Shown here piece after piece: positions 62,766-64,000 of a stretch of DNA of 64,000 bases. Position numbers and translations under genes: made by a program. Within the stretch, counting starts at the first letter, position 1; the number at the start of each line of letters is the position of its first letter. Below the pieces are notes generated by a model. The model was given only the letters and a program-made list of their open reading frames with translations. It did not search any database and had not been told where the DNA came from. Location: contig OZ024742.1 of the NCBI GenBank assembly GCA_964016885.1, positions 260,028,001 through 260,092,000 of the forward strand, read 5' to 3'. This DNA is from Eledone cirrhosa. Lineage: Eukaryota.

Positions 62766-62996
62766 CATCTGAGGTGTTTAGGAATGACACAATGAGGTCA
62801 CTTCTGATATAATAACGTTCTAGTGGCAAAATATGGAGCATGAGTGGGGGTGAGAGGAGCATTTAAGAAATTATGTTTATGGGTAATTTGTTCAGGTGTC
62901 AGAAGTAGACAGGTTAACCCACCATAGAAACGATCACGTCTTAATATCCACAGCTTCCCACCAGCAACATTCACCAGCTCTGAAACCACTTACGGT
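62766..62996 (-). other. Exon-like unique segment (possibly non-coding or 5' UTR)
   Basis: Acceptor TTTAATTTATTTATAG and donor ATG|GTGAGT flank 231 nt of unique sequence. No frame stays open across it. Confidence 0.25.
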
Positions 62997-64000
62997 CTAT
63001 AAATAAATTAAAGGTCAGTTTGTAAAATCGTTGCTTGGTTTAATCTTTCAAACTGCAGGGAAATATGTTGGAGTAACCTTTAACCCTTCTGTTAGTAAAC
63101 CACCTAAAATGTCCCTGGTGTCATAATACAAAAAAGTTTGTTTCTAAATGTTTATATATATTTAAAAACCTTTTATCGTAATTTTATATAATTTTGTTGT
63201 CAAACACCAGCTTAATAATGAGGAAGTTATATTACTAAATCCATCCAAATTTTGGATAATTTAAAACATTATTTGAAAATCATAGACAGTTATTTTTTGT
63301 TACAAATATATGAAAGGAAATGATTAAAGGATTTATTTACATTTATCTAAAAGCCTCCCATCATAATTTTATCAAAGAACCTTTGTTAAGTTATGTTCCA
63401 AACACTAGCTTAGTAATAATAAAGTTAGATATATTATTAAATCTCTCCAAATTCTTGACTATCATCAACATAATTAGAAAATCATTGTTTTTGTTGTTTT
63501 TCGAAAGCTGGCAATGAAAGGGTTATGGTCAAATGCCTTGGATAGTTGTTGATTCACTAACAAAATGAAGCTTTTTGTTTGTTATTTTTATTCCTTCTGG
63601 TACTGAAACATCTGGAACCACCCTTCATTCTACATTTCAAAGTTGTTTGGTTTAACAAGTTTATCTTTTATCTAAAAAACCTTTCATAATTTGTGAAAAA
63701 ATTAAGCTTAAAAATGACAGCTCCAAGTACTTATGTTATTCATCTTTTTTGTTGAACTGTTAAGTTGTGGGGCATAAATATACACTAATACACTAAACAT
63801 AAGCAAACACATACATTCACATATATCTGTATGTATGTATGTATGATTTCATAAATTATTTTTGCCAATAGAAAGAGAGTCGATTTCTAACAAGACTCTC
63901 TCATTGGAATTTACACATCAACTAGGTAGATATGTCTGCATGTCTGCATGCATGCATGTGTAGATATGGATGTTATTGTATGTGTGGATGTGTATGCTTT

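Overview
This is AT-rich, repeat-dominated eukaryotic DNA, most likely from a cephalopod (octopus-type); that assignment is inferred from the SINE/LINE repertoire and the abundant (TA)n/(CA)n/(CAT)n microsatellites. Most of the window is nested mobile DNA. It holds several RTE-clade LINE copies with a PHD finger inside the RT region, a degenerate Expander/Rex3-like RTE, a CR1/Jockey-like LINE, a Tx1/L1 3' end and several Penelope-like (GIY-YIG) families with inverted pLTR junctions. It also holds a GC-rich, internally deleted CRE-clade (RLE) retrotransposon with an N-terminal PHD finger, a solo LTR, a Helitron, hAT, piggyBac, Tc1/mariner and pogo derivatives, and many tRNA-derived SINEs. The only credible host coding sequence is a signal-peptide exon at 19585-19801 (+), inside a CpG-retaining promoter-like region. 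The most striking hidden signal is a set of architecturally different hammerhead ribozymes in the Penelope pLTRs: one with a branched giant stem II, one with a U3-A8 core variant, and a minimal form. There is also direct TSD evidence that a (TA)n tract arose at a retrotransposon 5' junction. All calls were made by eye and are unverified by database search or folding software.
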